Positions 37,620-49,200 of a stretch of DNA of 64,000 nt are shown here, piece after piece. Position 1 is the first letter of the stretch. Each line of letters begins with the position of its first letter. Origin of the DNA: Felis catus (lineage: Eukaryota); assembly GCF_018350175.1 (NCBI RefSeq), contig NC_058379.1, positions 29,326,001 through 29,390,000 of the forward strand, given 5' to 3'. The translations under genes were made by a program, and so were the position numbers. The notes under the pieces were generated by a model, which saw nothing but the letters and a program-made list of their open reading frames with translations, ran no database searches and had not been told where the DNA came from.

Positions 37620-38500
37620 CAGCGAGCTCAGCTGCGCGGACGCCCCCCCCCCCCCCCCCCCCCCGCGGGCTTCTAAGCGCTCTCGCGGGCGCTGCTTCTA
37701 AACTCGCGGAGACTGGAGCCGAGAAAAGGCGGGTAAAATTCCTTTTGATAAGTTATGAATGAGGAGAAAGTGTTTGTAGTACTCATTGTTAAAACCACCG
37801 AGCCTGGGACTTGGCCCGCGCCCGGCCAATGCAGGCCCGGAGGCTATTTTGAAATCGCTCCGGTTTTAGCCAATAGGCGTGCGGGAAGAGAAGCCCCGCG
37901 TCGGCTCCGGCCAATGAGCGCGGCGTTATGCTAAGAAGCCGGGGGCCGAGCCCCGCCGACTGTCAGCGGGTTAAAGATGGAGCCGGTGAGCAAGAGGGCG
38001 CCACGAGGTGCGGGGTCGTTCTGATGGGTACGAGGGGAGCGAACAACCGCTAAGACCTTTCTCCTGCTAACCTTCCGCGTCCTGGCCTGGCCTGGTTCGA
38101 AAGGTGTGTCCCGCCGCGTGAGTAGCAGGGTCAGAGGTGGAGAGCACAGGCAGGGCGGCCCTACCCGGTGGGACTGTGCGGAGGGGCGCAGCCCGGATCC
38201 CTGGCGCCTTCTCCGCAGGGGACTCCAGCAGGGCGGGAAGCCCCCCCCCCCCCCCGTTCTTTTGCTTCGCTCTGGGCCTCCAGGCAGAGAATCTTTAGGA
38301 CTGAACACGGAGCGGAGTTGGGGACTAGGGGCCAGGGATGGGGGCGTAAGCCGACAGGGGCGCATGGATCGGAATGGGGCCACCCTCCTTCTCTTGCAGC
38401 CCTGGGTCGAGTGAGGGAGTAGGGTCATCGGGGTGTACCCACCCTCGCTCCGTGCACGAGTGGGCTTCGGACTGCGGTGGAGCGCGGGCCCCTCTCCTTT
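37620..38500 (+). promoter_or_regulatory. CpG-island promoter of the miR-301b/130b primary (host) transcript
   Basis: CpG island with CCAAT at 37826, 37870 and 37911, CHR-type TTTGAA at 37848-37853, E2F-like GCGGGAA near 37881, YY1-like AAGATGG at 37974, and candidate donors gtgagc (37986) and gtgcgg (38008). Confidence 0.75.
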
Positions 38501-38751
38501 GTGTGTTTACCCCCTCCCCCGTCCTCTCCCGCTCCTGGGTTGGAGCTACCCCTCAGTCTGGGGTTTCTCCCGCACCGCAGTGTGGAGAGTGCCTGGAGAA
38601 AGTCCCAGACCTTCTGACTATCTCCAGGACAGCAGCCCTGTTGAAATCCTCTTCTCCTCCCTGTGGTCTTGAACAGGGATTCTAGCCCCACCCACCCACG
38701 GTTGAGCTTCCCGCTCTGCACTTACTGGGGACCATGCGGGTCTCCCCTGCT

Positions 38752-38830
38752 GGCCCCAGCTGCTCTGACGAGGTTGCACTACTGTGCTTTGAGAAGCAGT
38801 GCAATGATATTGTCAAAGCATCTGGGACCA
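38752..38830 (+). ncRNA. MIR301B: microRNA miR-301b precursor
   Basis: 5p arm GCTCTGACGAGGTTGCACTACT starts at 38762; mature 3p CAGTGCAATGATATTGTCAAAGC at 38797-38819. The arms pair into a hairpin. Confidence 0.97.
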
Positions 38831-39078
38831 GCCTTGGGGACCCCCCTTCCCCACACCACAACCCTCCTCAGGCCGGGCCCCTTGGGCCTGCAGGCCCTCC
38901 CCTCCCCCCACCTCCCTCCCCAGCTCACTCCCTTCTCCATGGAAACTTGAGATCCTGGCCAGGCCTGGGCCTCTAGGGTCAGAGGGCACCCTTCCCCCAG
39001 GCCTCGGGGCCCCACCCCAGTGGGCCTGCATTCCAGATCTCAGATCCTCACTGACCACCACCAGGAGAGGCGCTGGCA

Positions 39079-39160
39079 GGCCTGCCTGACACTCTTTCCC
39101 TGTTGCACTACTGTGGGCCGCTGGGAAGCAGTGCAATGATGAAAGGGCATCGGTCAGGCC
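39079..39160 (+). ncRNA. MIR130B: microRNA miR-130b precursor
   Basis: 5p ACTCTTTCCCTGTTGCACTAC at 39091-39111; mature 3p CAGTGCAATGATGAAAGGGCAT at 39129-39150. About 330 nt from miR-301b, matching the known cluster. Confidence 0.97.
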
Positions 39161-41339
39161 CAGCCCACCACCCACAGTGCCTGAGGGGAGGGAGTTTTGC
39201 TGCCTCGCTCCACTTCCTAGCAGGAGAAGGTGTGGAACTGGGCTGGACCCTCCATCAGAGGATTAGGTGAGTGCAGAACTGGGGGATCATCCCACAAATT
39301 CTCCTTCTGGGATACTGCTGGACAGGAGCAGGGGCAGAGGCCCTGGGATCAGAAAAACTCTGGTTTGAAGAGGATCTTTCCACACCAACTCCCTGGGTAA
39401 GACTGGGGACTCCAGGTTTGGTCAGGGCTTTGTGGAGAAATGAAGATTCACTGTATTGCATGAAGGGTATGCCAGGGTCTGGCTCAGACCCAGCTCAACC
39501 TTGACCATGTGCAGATGAACTGCACCCAGGCCTCCCTGAGGGCTTGGGGAGGGTCAGGCTCTGGAGAGAACATTGTCCTGGGATCTTAGGAGCAGCACTA
39601 TCTGGGCTGGGTAGGTGGACTTGGGATATGCAGACCACAGGTGATGCCCATCAACCATGTCAGCTTGTTTTCTTACAGGGAGGTGTGCTGCCCTGAGACT
39701 GCAGAAGGGACCAAGAGATGCCTGGCATGCCCATCCTAACAGCTACAATTAAAGGGACTGTCAAAGAGCCAGGCCCCAGGCATGCTTGCAGGGCCGGCTC
39801 CACCATCAGGACCTGACACAATGCAAAAGGCTTTTCTGTGCCCAGTGACAGTTATTCAAGCCTGTCTCCTTTAAGAGGAGGCCCAGGTTTCCAGATGGGC
39901 CTTTGGGAATACCCCTCACTCCTGGCTGAGCACATCAAGATGCCAGCTTCACCCCACCCTGAGGGTAGAAGCCCGGGCATGCATGCTTGGAGGTGGCCAT
40001 CCTTCTGTGCAGATTCTGTGCCCACTGCCTGGAGACTCTCATACATCTGTCTCTCGCCCTTGCTGGGGGATGTTTTTTGAACTCAGGGTTCTGCTCAAAT
40101 GTTCTGTCCCAGCGGAAGCCTTTCCTGGGCTCCACAACATCCAATATTCCTCCAGCAGAGCATGTTAGATTGAAATTTCTCCTTGTGGCTGAAGTCCTCA
40201 TTAGACCCTGAGGGCAGGGACAATATCCCTTTTTATATCTCTCTTGGCAGTGCCTGGCACAGAGGAGGGGACTGATACAACTAAAAAAAATACAAATAAG
40301 TACATAAAGTGTAAAGTATTATTAGCAGAACATGGGGGAAGATTAATTAGGGGTCTACTCTACCCCTCAGAGGATGCTTCTGCTGTTTATAAAAAGGCAC
40401 ATACTACATATTTCAAAGTAAAGTCTCATTTTAAGTTACACAGGGTCAGGAAGCAGGATGAAGATTTGAACCCAGGTGTATCTAAGTCTATTTGTCCTCC
40501 TAGGCTAGAACATTTTTCCTCCTTGGTCATTTCCATCTTGCTCTCTGACCTCAAAGCAGGAGGAAGTGAGGGCCCGATGTTGGGGACAGCAGAGCCTAGA
40601 GGGTTGGTGGCTTGGTGGTGGGAGGTGAAAATTGTCTAGACTTATCAGGTACACTCCATGGATTGTTGGGGGTGAAGGGCGGTGGAGGTGATAGGAAGGA
40701 AGCAATCCAGGGTGCACCCCCCTGTTAGTGGTTGGGGTGGATGGTGGTGTCATCGCTGACCAAGTAGGAGAGGAGAAAAGAAGCAGGTTTGGGGTTGGGA
40801 GAGAAGAACCTATATGCCAATCTTATGTGTGCAGCATGAGATGCCCCCAAAACTTCCCCATCGGACACTTGGATGTGGTTCTGGAACTCAAGGAAGGTCT
40901 GAGCCTGAGATATAAGTTAGGGTTAGTTAAGTCAGCCCTGAGTTGGAACCTAAGAGTGGGCTAAATTGTCCAAGATGGTACCATGAAGATAGGACCTTCT
41001 TAAACCCATAAGGAGCAGCTAGATGCTGAAGAGGCAACATAAAGTATTGAGCAAAGTAACACAAAGTATTGAGTTATACAGGGGAAGAGAGAAGATAGAA
41101 GCTGGGGAGGGGTGGGTGGATTTGATGCTGGAGAGTAAATCAGGAGTGGAAGAGTGAAGTCTGGGGCAGATGAGTCGGGCTGAGTGAAGTCCTTGGGGTG
41201 TTGTCTACAGACCGCAAGGAGAGATGGTGAGCTGTCGGAACAAGGAGGAGTGAGGGCCTAAAAAAGAGTTTGGGTGCGGACCATGTTCTTCTCTGCGTGC
41301 CATGGCCCGCTCCCTCCTCAAGTCTTGCGGGACCCCATC

Positions 41340-42080
41340 AGGACCAGGGTTCCGCCGCGCGCGCGCGCGCGCGCGCGTGAGTGAGTGTTCGCCCCGTCGA
41401 TGGCGCCAGAGCGCATGCCCAGAGCAGCGGGCATTGTCACGTGCGTCCCCCTCGCGCGGATTGGCCCCCTGCTAGAGAGCTCCAGGGGGATTGGCTAGAA
41501 CGGTCGGGGCGGTGGCTGCGGCTCGCGGAGAGAGGCTGCGTAGGCTCGGAGGCTGTGGGAAACAGAGCAGGTAGGTCCCGGCGGCCCCCGTCCCTACTGG
41601 CCCCGGCCCGCCCTCGGCGACCGATCCCGGGCCCTCGGGAGCTGCCCCTCTCTCCTGGCCCGAGGCGGGTGGGAGTCGGCGCGCCTGGAGCCTCGGTGGC
41701 CCCGTCCCGACGACCGCTCCGCCCCCAGGCCACCCGAGCCAGCCCGCAGCGCCTCTAGGATGGAGGTCCTTGACGAGTTCGACAGCGAGTTCTCCCAGAG
41801 CGTGACCTTCTGCCAGCTCATCTCCGAGGAGGACTTCGAGAGGCAGGCGGCCACCTACACGGAGCGCGCTCTGCGCCGCCTGTTTCGCAGCATCGACCGC
41901 AACCCCGCGCTGGCCGAGAGGGTGGTGCGCAAGGGCAAGCTGGCCGAGTACGAGGGGCGCGGGCTCCTCTCCTTCCTCTGGGTGCGAGTCCGCCGGCGGG
42001 GCTTCGGGGGATGGAGCGGAGCTCTGAAGACTGGAGGTTTGGAGCGGGTGTGGGGAGGGCCGTCGGGCGTAGGTGGAGCT
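41340..42080 (+). promoter_or_regulatory. Second CpG island / proximal promoter of the uncharacterised gene
   Basis: (CG)11 at 41356-41377, NRF1-like GCGCATGC near 41411, E-box GTCACGTG at 41436-41443, two inverted CCAAT boxes (ATTGG at 41460 and 41490), donor CAG|gtaggt at 41571 and acceptor gcccccag| at 41728. Confidence 0.65.
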
Positions 42081-43177
42081 GCAGGGTACGGTCTTCCAGG
42101 AGGCCCAGCGTGGGGAGTGCTGTAGGCAGCTGTGTCACCTCTCCCCCTTCTTCCTGCCCTGCCTCTCCCCTTGTTGTAGGCGAAGTTTTTCTGTGCAGTC
42201 CAGGGGGAGCTGAATTGTTGCAACAGCATGGGTGCCCTGGAAATGCACCAGCGCCTGGAACAGCTGAAGAGGAGCATCCACCGCGTGCACCTCTACTCCC
42301 AGGGTGAGGGTCAATCTCTGCCAGCACACCTGACTTAGGATCCCTGATCCCTGATCCTGTGCTTGGTACGTTTTCGATTGTTTGGTGTTTATTTTTTGAG
42401 TCTTTATTATGAAAACGAACATAAACAAAACTGGAGACTGCAGTGAACACTCAGATACTGGTCTCCCTTCAGCTTCTGCAATTCTCCCCATCTTGCCATG
42501 CTTGCTTCATCCCCCTTTTCTTTTTCTGGAGCATTTTAGGGGAAATCTCAGACATCATTGTATTCTTCAATACTTTAGAATGCTTTTTTAGATATTAAAA
42601 AAAGACATTTTGTGGGGCGCCTGGGTGGCTCAGTTGAGTGTGTCTTCCGCCCAGGTCATGATGTCATAGCTCGTGGGGTTGAGCCCCAAGTCAGGCTCTG
42701 TGCTGACAGCTCAGAGCCTGGAGCCTGCTCTGGATTGCGTGTCTCCCTCTCTCTCTGCCCCTCCCCTGCTCATGCTCTGTCTCTCAAAAATGAGTAAACA
42801 TTTAAAATTTTTTTTAAAAAAGATATTTTGTAATCACAGTGTTACCCCGGACATAATTGACAACAGTTCCATAATATTAGCTGATACTTAGGTTGGTGTT
42901 CAGCCTCTGACTTTCCATTACTAGGATGGCTATATACTTTGTGTCCACATTAGGACATTTGTGAGAGTGAAATGGAAGGGGCCACTTTAATGACCACACA
43001 GGGATGGCAAATGAGTATAGTGGCCACATCTGTTGAAACCTCTTGAGATGGGATGCCCTCACTTTTGTCCCCCCTGCCATCAACTTGAAGAACTGCGTTG
43101 TCCTTTGGGGTAATCCACTTAATGGGTTTATATCTGTTGTTATGGCTCATTGGTGTTGTTTGTTTTATTCTCCTCTG

Positions 43178-43215
<38 letters not shown>

Positions 43216-46200
43216 TGTGTGTCTGTGTGTCTGTGTGTCTGTGTGTTTAAGTTTATTTATTTTGAGACAGAAACAGTGCACACAAGCAGGGAAGGGGCAG
43301 AGAGAAGGAAAGACAGACTCCTAAGCAGGCTCCCTGCTGTCAGCACAGAGCCCAATGCGGGGCTTGAACTCACAAACTGTGAGATATGACCTGAGCTGAG
43401 ATCAAGAGTCTGACTCTTAACCGACTGTGCCACCCAGGCGGCCCATTCTGCCTGTATGTCTTGGACAGTCGTTCTAAAGCCTTGATTAGATTTGGGTTCA
43501 GTTCTTTCAGTGCATTTGTCTTCAGTGATAGACTACCTAGCGATGGAGCTGCTTGCTTCATTATGTTAGGAAGCCTGGCTCACCTGGGGGTCCTACTTTC
43601 CATGATGGTAAGTGTGAGTGCTCCATGTCACCATTTCATCCCAACCCATGGCATATGTAGCTCCTACCATAGTCTCCCAAGGTAGTGTTGATCCTATTTA
43701 TCCTCATTTTATGAAAGAGAGCATAGAAGCCCAGGGAGGGTAGCCAACTATGTGACAACAATGTCACATAGTAAGTAGTAGAATCTGGAATTGAACTCAG
43801 GCTTGGGTTGCTCTGAGGCTCAGGCTCTTAGCTCTGGGTCAGTGCTCTTTGGTGGTGGTGATCATCATTCTAGATGAGCCGTTCTAATGGGTTGTATGAG
43901 GCACTTGTTCACACCCACTTTGCTGGTTTCCTATAACTCTGAACAGTAGAAATAGCCAGACTTGTTGAATATAGGAGGAAAACCTAATACAGAAAGAGGA
44001 GAGGGGGTAGGCCTGAGGGTCCTGCTTCTCAAAGATTCCCTCCCTGAGCCCACCTCTGTAAGACCTTGTACATATGGGTTTCCTTACAGAAAAAGGAGCC
44101 TTTGCACACCCTTAGGATGGCCCTGGGGCTGGGTGTAGTTGGTGAGCTTACTGTCCAGAGCCTGGATACCTCATGAAGGTGCTGGCAGACTCAGGAGCTT
44201 TCCACAGTGCTTGGGCATAGGTGGCAGACTGACTTGCCTAGGGCAAGCCAAGCCCTCGTTGGTGGTGATACTCTGTCACTTCCCCTGAAATTCTGGCCTT
44301 GGAGTCAGATGGTTGGGTTGTGGATCCTGCCTGTGCCTTGTACACTTGGAGCTTACAGTTGTATCTGTAAGAGAGACAAAAATACCTTTTCCCCATGGGA
44401 TAGTTATGGGCTGATGAGATGATACATGTTGGTGCCTGTCAACAGTGGCTCTAGGTATTATCATGTGGTCCCTTTTGGGGGAGGAACCTTGTGAAGACCC
44501 TATACTACTGTTGGGCTCCCACTCTATCCTGTTCTGGCTGTGGGGTAGGCACTCACTGGTCCCTTTTGTCACAGATGCCAAGAAGAAGAGAAGAAAGCCA
44601 AAACTGAAGAAACCAGAACCCATCCTTTTGCAAGACCGGTCCACCTCCCCATGCCTGCCACCAACCGTGCTGCCACCTCCACCACTGCCATCCACTGCTA
44701 CTACCGTGGCCTCCATGGTGGCCTCATCACCCTCTGTCTACACTATGCCTAGGGTCTTTGGCCCCTTCCCTCCTCTGCCCAGCAAGTCGGTCAGTGAGCG
44801 CATCCCCCACTCGTGTGGTCCCAGGAAGGGCAGCCTGTGCCCTTCGCTCAGAACCACCCCAGTGGTTCTCCTGGGCCCACAGCAGTGGCTCTCAGAACTT
44901 TGTTTTTAAGTGGCAGAACTCTATCTGCAGGCACTATCTTGGGTGGAATGGTGACGGATAAAGCAGATGAAAAGGGGTCTGCTCTTGTTGAAGGGTTGGA
45001 GGCACAGAGTTTTACCTGCTGTGCTTCAGCTGAGTGAGGCAATCCCCAAAACACTGGGCAGAATTCTGGGGTGCCCAAAGGACAGGTGGAGAACCATGGC
45101 TGCCCCCCAATGTCTCCAGCCCCACACCTGCCTCGCCTCGTGGGTGGTGTTCTTGCCACTCTCTAGGTGCCTCTGCAGTGTGCCTTCCTATCTGCCTGTC
45201 CCTGCTAATCTCCCCTTATCCCGCACTCTCACTCCAGGCAGACCCCCATCCTCTGTCAGTTCCCAGCCCCCATCACATTCTCTGTTACCCTAACACCAAG
45301 CTCGAGGTGGGCACTGAGGATGACCCTGACGTATTTGTCAAATGAAGGACAGTCATGTACTTCCCCTGGTTCCTGTATAAGGTGTTTTTTTTCTCAGTGA
45401 GGCCCCCAAACTTGTCCTAAGATTTTGTTTCTATACCGCAGATAGAGAAGTTGGAAGTTACAAGGTCCGAAGTGAAATTAAACTGGGCTGGCCTGTCATC
45501 GAACCCAAAGAGGTGGAATTTAAACTTGGGGCAAATGAAAAAGGAGTGTTTTGGGTAGCTTGTGTGCCAACACTCGATTGCCATTTCTTCCCTACCTTGT
45601 TAATCCTCACAATAATCCTGAGGGGTTGTTATTCCCATTTAATAGGGAAGGAATTGAGGCTCGGGTCTGCTCTGTGTATAGACATGTGCAATGAGGCTGG
45701 GAAGGGCCTGCCTGGGAGGAGCCCAGAGCTGATGTTACCCTCTCCGCTCTGTCTTGCAGCCACATGGTTGATCTGACCCCCTTGGTCCTCAACCCCGGAG
45801 GCTTCCATTTCTCGTACTTGGCTGGAAACAGTGCACATCAGCTTCATTGCCCTGGCTACCCCTGGTAAGCATGCCTCTGACACCATCCTGGCTTGCCTGG
45901 CTTGATGGCATCATGGCAGTGTACATGAGGGCCAGAAAAACGTTCTGTATGATAGTCCTTTGCGTTTCATGAAAAGACCCTAATGTAATAGGGTGCTGGA
46001 AAAGTCACTCCCCCTTCCTAGTGTTTGTAATGGCAAGAATCAGAAACAAGCAGCTCAGAGACCCACTAGAAACAATTCTGTCAACTGTGGGCAGCCCTAA
46101 GGTTTATAGACATGTGTCTTGCAAAGCAGGGATTTACTGAATATGGTTGTTGGTTTGTTTTTTAGTCGCCTGTTTTTTCCACTTAGGGTGTTGTTAAGTA

Positions 46201-49200
46201 TTTCCCATGTCATTCCATGGAGTGTTATTTCAAAGTATATATTTAAACTGACCGCTTCATTGCTTCAGATGACATAAAAAAAAAAAAAATACTGTTTTTT
46301 AGAGGAGTTTTAGATTCACAGCAAACTGACAAAGTACTGAGAGTTCCCCTTTACCTCCTGTCCCTACACAGGCACCCCCACTATCAACATTCCCCACCTT
46401 AAATTGATGAACCTACCATGCCACATCATTATCACCCAGAAGTCATATGTTTGGGCTCACTCTTGGTGTTGTACATTCTGTGGGTTTGGACGAATGTATA
46501 ATGACATGTGTCCACCATTATAGTATCATACAGAATAGTTTCATTGTCCTCAAAATCCTCTGTGCCCCTCCCTCTCCTGTAACCCCTGACAACCACTGAT
46601 CTTTTTATTGTCTCCACAGTTTTGCCTTTTCCGGAATGTCATATACTTGGAATNNNNNNNNNNNNNNNNNNNNNNNNNNNNNNNNNNNNNNNNNNNNNNN
46701 NNNNNNNNNNNNNNNNNNNNNNNNNNNNNNNNNNNNNNNNNNNNNNNNNNNNNNNNNNNNNNNNNNNNNNNNNNNNNNNNNNNNNNNNNNNNNNNNNNNN
46801 NNNNNNNNNNNNNNNACTGATTCCAAATTCTGGTAATTATGAGTAAAGCTGCTATACACATAGATGTGCAGGTTTTTTACAGACATAAGTTTTCAACTCT
46901 TTCACCAAGGAGCATGATTGCTGATCACATGATGATAATATGTTCAGTTTTGAAGAAACTACCAGTGTAGCTATAGCATTGTGTATTCCCACTAGCAATG
47001 AGTGAGAATTCAGATGGCTTCTTTTGTAAGAAACCTACGCAGTTCTATAAAGCTGATTCTAAATTTAGTTGATGGAAAGTTTATCCAAGATGACACCCAA
47101 AGAGTAAGCAAACCTTTAAAAATATTTTTGGCATACTTAGTAATGAAAGATGTACACATTAAGGTTGCTAGCATGTATGTTATATACCTGTCAAAAAGCC
47201 CAAAGTAGAGAATCCTGTGCTATCGAGGCTGTAGGCAGAGACTCATTTTTGCTGTGAAAATAATATAAAATGGCTTTATTCTTTTTTATTTTTTTTTATT
47301 TTTTAAAATCTTTATTTATTTTTGAGAGAGAGAGAGACAGAGCAAGAGCGGGGGAGGGGCAGAGAGAGAGGGAGACACAGAATCTGAAGCAGGCTCCAGG
47401 CTCTGAGCTGTCAGCACAGAGCCCAATGCGGGGCTCGAAGTCACAGACCATGAGATCATGACCTGAGACGAAGTCGGACATTTAACCGGCTAAGCCACCC
47501 AGGTGCCCCTATTCTTTTTTTTTTTTTTTTAAAGATTTTATTTTTAATTTTTTTTTCAACGTTTTTTTTTTTTTTTTTTAACATTTATTTATTTTTGAGA
47601 CAGAGAGAGACAGAGCATGAACGGGGAGGGGCAGAGAGAGAGGGAGACACAGAATTGGAAACAGGCTCCAGGCTCTGAGCCATCAGCCCAGAGCCTGACG
47701 CGGGGCTTGAACTCACGGACCGCGAGATCGTGACCTGGCTGAAGTCGGACGCTTAACCAACTGCGCCACCCAGGTGCCCCAAGATTTTATTTTTAAATAA
47801 TCTCTACAGCTAATGTGGGGCTCGAGCTCACAACCCGGAGATCAAGAGTTGCATTCTCCACCGACAGAGCCAGCCAGGCACCCCTGTTTTAATTCTTTTA
47901 AAAATTCTTTTTTTTTGGGGGGGTGCCTGGGTGGCTCGGTTGAGCATCTGACTCTGGCTCAGGTCATGACCTCATGGTTCATGGACTCAAGCCCCACATT
48001 GGGCTCTCCACTGTCAGCATGGAGCCCGCTTTGGATCCTCTGACCCCCTCTCTGTGCCTCCCTGGCTTACATTCTCTCTCACAAATAAATACTTAAATAA
48101 ATTAAAAAAAATTTTTTTTAAGTTTTTTTATTTTGAGGGAGAGAGTGTGGAGGAGGGGCAGAGAGAGAGAGAGAGGGAGTGAGAAAGAGAATCCCAAGCA
48201 GGTTCTGCACTACCAACCTAGAGCCCAATGTGGGGTTCGAACCCACAAACTCTGAGATCACGACCTTAGCCTAAATCAACGTTCGGATGCTTAACTGACA
48301 GCACCCAGGTGCTCCTAAAAATTCTTTTATTGAGATAACTTACATAGCATCCTATAAATTCACCCAGTTACAGTGTCAACTTAAGTGGCTTTTTGTATGT
48401 TCACATTTGTGAAGCCATCACCATAATCCAATTTTAGAACATTTCCATCATGCCAAATAGGAGAGAGTGAAAAAACAACCCATAGGAGAAAATATTTGTA
48501 AATTATCAAAATCCCATTCTAAAAATTGGGCAGAGGACTTGAATAGACATTTCTTCTAAGAAGACCTACAACATGGCCAATAAACACAGGAAAAGATGCT
48601 CCACATCATTAGAAATCAGGGAAATGCAAGTGAAAACCACAGTGAACTACTACTTCCCACCTACTTCCATCAAAAAGACAGACAAAAGGGGCACCTGGAT
48701 GACTCAGTTGGTTAAGCTTCCAACTCTTGATTTTGGCTCAGGTCATGATCCCACAGTTCTTGGGTTTGAACCCTGAGCTGGGCTCCGTGCTGACAGTGTG
48801 GAGCNNNNNNNNNNNNNNNNNNNNNNNNNNNNNNNNNNNNNNNNNNNNNNNNNNNNNNNNNNNNNNNNNNNNNNNNNNNNNNNNNNNNNNNNNNNNNNNN
48901 NNNNNNNNNNNNNNNNNNNNNNNNNNNNNNNNNNNNNNNNNNNNNNNNNNNNNNNNNNNNNNNNNNNNNNNNNGTGGCTGGTGGGAATGTAAAAGGGTGT
49001 AGCCACCATGGAAAAAGGGTATGGTGGTTCCTCAAAACACTAAACAGAATTACCATATGACCCAGTAATTCCACTTGTAGGTATATTCCTGAAAGAATTG
49101 CAGTGGAGACTCAAACAGATACTTGTATATGAGTGTTCATAGCTCCAGTATTGACAGTGGCTAAAAGGAGAAAATAGGCCAGGTGTACCCAAGATGAACA

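Noticed and set aside
39670-39830. Good acceptor (tttcttacag) downstream of miR-130b
   Set aside because: It may be a non-coding exon of the host transcript, but I could not support a matching donor or ORF.
44790-44909. Alternative end of novel-gene exon 3 (donor gtgagc at 44794, or read-through to 44909)
   Set aside because: The 44794 donor shifts exon 4 into a frame that stops at 45293, whereas the 44790 donor keeps exons 4-7 open.
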